Shown here in pieces: positions 60,951-64,000 of a stretch of 64,000 nt of DNA; within the stretch, counting starts at the first letter, position 1, and the number at the start of each line of letters is the position of its first letter. The position numbers and the translations under genes are program-made. This stretch comes from Nitrosopumilus sp. (GTDB lineage Archaea; Thermoproteota; Nitrososphaeria; Nitrososphaerales; Nitrosopumilaceae): NCBI GenBank assembly GCA_965203315.1, contig CBDBCE010000004.1:277629-341628 (forward strand). Reading direction: 5' to 3'. The notes under the pieces were generated by a model. The model saw nothing but the letters and a program-made list of their open reading frames with translations, was not told where the DNA came from and did no database searches.

Positions 60951-63038
60951 ATGAGACTTCGAAAGTTTAGGGTTAGGGCATATCGATGTATACATGATTC
61001 GGGAGAGATCACTGTTGGAGATCTTGCAGCATTTGTTGGTCGAAATGAGAGTGGCAAGACTACCATACTTCAAGCACTAACACTACTTAACAAGGAAGCA
61101 TCGGTATCTGACTTGGATCTGTGTGATGAGATGACAGATGAACTAAAGAACGAAGTAAGACTAGCTGAAGGCGAGTTTGATCTAAGCGAACATGAAACAG
61201 AATTGATCAGAGCAAGATTTCCAAGATTGCCTGAGATAAGAAAGATCAAAATGTACAGGACAAATCAAAAACCAGATATTCAATATGACTTTGATAATGT
61301 TATTCCAAAAGATGAGGTAGATCAAAGTCTAAACTCTTGGGAAAACTTTACAGACCAAGTTATCGGATTTTTGGACACTATTCCCAACCATCTGAGAATA
61401 CAGATAGATACAATGTTCTTTGAAGGTCCACCTCCTAAAAACCAAGAGGAGTTTGATGGTGGAATGGCAGAATTTAGTAATACTTTTCATGTAATTGCAA
61501 TTCAAGAACCCAAAGTTCTAGAAGAGTGGGACAAGATCTACAAGAATCCTGACAACCAATTCTCTAATCTACTTACAGGTCAGAGTGAAAAGACAGCATT
61601 GCAAAATTATATCTCAAACGAACTCCATCCGAGATTTGTATACTTTTCAGATTATAAAAAGATCTATGGCAACATAAACCTAAACGAATACCTGTTGGAA
61701 GAGAAAGGTGAGAGACCTGTCTCAATAGAGTTTATTGAGGAGTTTGACAAAGCCGAGACAGTTCGAAATCTCTTTTATCTGGCGGAATTAAATATGCATG
61801 AACTCAATGAGGTAAAAGAGAGTCCTTCAAAATGTATTAAATTATTAAACACTGCAAGTACTAGACTCTCACACAAATTAAATCCTGCCTGGAAAGGAGA
61901 TCCAATCCATGTTGATCTACGCTATAATCCAGGAAACATAATGAGTGTCGTGATATCTGATGTTCACAAAGATGGCACTATAACAAATACGGGATTACTG
62001 AATCGACGTGCAGAGGGATTCAAATGGACATTCTCGTTTATAGTCAACTTTGCAGCTGAGACGCAACGTGCTGAACTTAAAGAAGCAATCCTGTTACTTG
62101 ACGAGCCTGCACGAAATCTACACCCGACTCAACAAATGGGAATCTCTGATCTATTGAGGAATCTAGCTGGTTCTAATCAAGTCTTGTATGCTACACACTC
62201 TCCGTTTATGATATTTGATTATACTCCAGGAAATCTACTTGTAGTGGAACTAGACAAACGAAAACACCTGAGTCGAATATTTTACGATTATTGGAACGCA
62301 GATGATAAAACATTGACTCCGATCTTGTATGGATTATCTAGAGGGCAGATCGAATCCATTGTAGATCGAGAGATTGGTACAAATTCACGTCCAGTAATCA
62401 TTGTTGAAACAATGTCTGACTCGATGTATCTCAACGCATTTGACAAATTCCTCCAAGACCCAAACATATCCATGAACCCACTCAATATAGTGGCCGCATA
62501 TAACAAAAATTCTGTTCTACCTCTTGCAATATTTTATCGAAATCATGGATATCGTACATTCATCTTACTTGACTACTCTGAAGAGTCTAAACAGATATCA
62601 TCTCAACTATTATCGAACGAGTTTAATGACGTTCAAATAATATTCTTTGAACGTGAGGGGAAGAAACTTGAATCGATCGAAGACTATATTGTAGTTGCTG
62701 ACTATCTGCACGCTGTAAATCAGACATATGAGATAAAGCTACGATACGAAGGATTCTCAAATCTAACCACGCAGGATGTATTGACCAGTGACGGTAACGG
62801 TATATTAGATAAACTGCATTCGATCTGGGCTACGCATCGTGAAGATGATTGGGGAACTTTTGACAATGAAGAGATAACTAGATACATCTGTGAAAAGATT
62901 GCTCTAGACGACGCCAGCTTTTTGTCAGATCAGACGAGAGACCAATTTAGATCTCTATACAGACTTATGGCAGAGAGGATCAGGCAGTATCAAAATATTG
63001 CAATACGGCCCAACCAAGACAAATTCAAAAAGAAATGA
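60951..63038 (+). CDS. OLD-like ABC ATPase/TOPRIM protein
   Basis: GRNESGKT, LLLDEP, ATHSPF, IVETMSD TOPRIM-like motif. Confidence 0.82.
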   Translation: MRLRKFRVRAYRCIHDSGEITVGDLAAFVGRNESGKTTILQALTLLNKEASVSDLDLCDEMTDELKNEVRLAEGEFDLSEHETELIRARFPRLPEIRKIKMYRTNQKPDIQYDFDNVIPKDEVDQSLNSWENFTDQVIGFLDTIPNHLRIQIDTMFFEGPPPKNQEEFDGGMAEFSNTFHVIAIQEPKVLEEWDKIYKNPDNQFSNLLTGQSEKTALQNYISNELHPRFVYFSDYKKIYGNINLNEYLLEEKGERPVSIEFIEEFDKAETVRNLFYLAELNMHELNEVKESPSKCIKLLNTASTRLSHKLNPAWKGDPIHVDLRYNPGNIMSVVISDVHKDGTITNTGLLNRRAEGFKWTFSFIVNFAAETQRAELKEAILLLDEPARNLHPTQQMGISDLLRNLAGSNQVLYATHSPFMIFDYTPGNLLVVELDKRKHLSRIFYDYWNADDKTLTPILYGLSRGQIESIVDREIGTNSRPVIIVETMSDSMYLNAFDKFLQDPNISMNPLNIVAAYNKNSVLPLAIFYRNHGYRTFILLDYSEESKQISSQLLSNEFNDVQIIFFEREGKKLESIEDYIVVADYLHAVNQTYEIKLRYEGFSNLTTQDVLTSDGNGILDKLHSIWATHREDDWGTFDNEEITRYICEKIALDDASFLSDQTRDQFRSLYRLMAERIRQYQNIAIRPNQDKFKKK

Positions 63039-63069
63039 GCCTGACGAGGCTTTAAGGTTTAATTGAGAG

Positions 63070-64000
63070 ATGAACAAATCATATTTCATGTCCAAGTCCT
63101 CGATGAGAGGAGTCTTCCTTTCTACAATCTTGATTATCTCTCTAGTGTTTACACTACCTAACGTCTATGCAGAACTTGAGATCAATGCTGTATCTTTTGG
63201 TACAACAACCATTCTGACAGTATCTACTGATGACGAGTCTGTTGATACGTTTAGAATGTGGTTGGGTTCAGGAACAACATTCGAGTCATTTAAGGGGGAG
63301 CGTGGATGGATTGGTGAAACATCTCCACAAGGCGTTCTGATATTTCGTACAAACGAACCTCTGGTTTCAGGCGATTCTGTAAAGTTTGGGTTCAAGACCA
63401 GTACTGTAAAACCTCCGATCAATTGGCGCGCCCTCGACGGTACAACTGAGATTGAGGTTGGAGTTGTAGTTCCTCAAGATCTTCCTAGCGTATCGTTCAC
63501 ATCCCCAATTAATACAGATCCAAGTAATTCATCAGATCCATCTATTCCAAACGATCCACAAATTAATACAGATCCAAGTAATTCATCAGATCCATCTATT
63601 ACTGATGATCCGCCAATATTGGAACCAGTATTGCCTGTTGAGAGTGAACCAACATTTAGAATAATTCCTGATCGACCAAGCGTAGGTGCCTGATGGCACC
63701 TTTGTAACCACCGTACAAATCCCGTCTGAACAGATCCCAGACAGAGTAGACTTTAAGATTGTTGACAGTATTGGTGAAGAGAGATCTATTAGTGTTAGGC
63801 TCAGTCAGCCTGTGGAAAATCAAGTGATCGAATACAGACTCGAGTCTGATGATATCCAAGACTCTGTAAGACGTGGCGATTCACTCGAGTTATCTGGTAC
63901 TGCAAAACCGAACGGCGCTATAGTTGCAGAGATAACTCATAATGACGGTCGTACAGTTAATGCACGAACAACCACTGTAGATGATTCTGGCTCGTGGAAC
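63070..64000 (+). pseudogene. large surface protein, frame-disrupted at 63691, runs off window end
   Basis: Signal peptide; TGA at 63691-63693; +1 frame from 63692 (DGTFVTTVQIP...DDSGSW) stays open to 64000. Confidence 0.7.
63507..63600 (+). repeat. 54-bp period coding repeat x2 (INTDPSNSSDPSI)
   Basis: AATTAATACAGATCCAAGTAATTCATCAGATCCATCTATT at 63507 and 63561. Confidence 0.9.

Noticed and set aside
60951-63038. OLD-like ATPase as Gabija/PARIS-type defence system
   Set aside because: No partner helicase or toxin nearby; it sits among housekeeping-like genes with native composition.

Overview
This 64-kb window comes from an ammonia-oxidising archaeon (Nitrososphaerota, Nitrosopumilaceae-like). 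It is probably host-associated, for example a sponge symbiont, judging from the LIV amino-acid ABC transporter, TPR proteins, giant secreted proteins, restriction-modification system, pseudogenes and many MITEs. Core genes are thiC, an archaeal shikimate/aromatic operon (aroA', aroB', aroD, aroE, aroK, aroC, chorismate mutase-aminotransferase, tyrA; no EPSP synthase), mqnC/ubiD, bcp, aquaporin, tRNA-Arg(GCG), HIT, DnaJ-ferredoxin, ino1, trm1 (split by an intact IS1595), rlmE, a TFE-beta/Rpc34-like gene with frameshifted Lys-rich repeats, and an OLD-like ATPase. Accessory content includes a multidomain secreted serine protease inside the LIV locus, a type III R-M pair, a 1591-aa surface protein, a duplicated Zn-finger+TIR cassette, decayed toxin-antitoxin genes and a tRNA-Ala att-like scar. 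At least four families of short terminal-inverted-repeat (TIR-ended) MITEs fill the intergenic space. The most notable unexplained signal is a pair of identical non-coding G11 tracts 8-9 nt upstream of the TTG starts of the type III methyltransferase and the giant surface protein, a candidate archaeal phase-variation switch. All calls are from reading the sequence; no searches were run.
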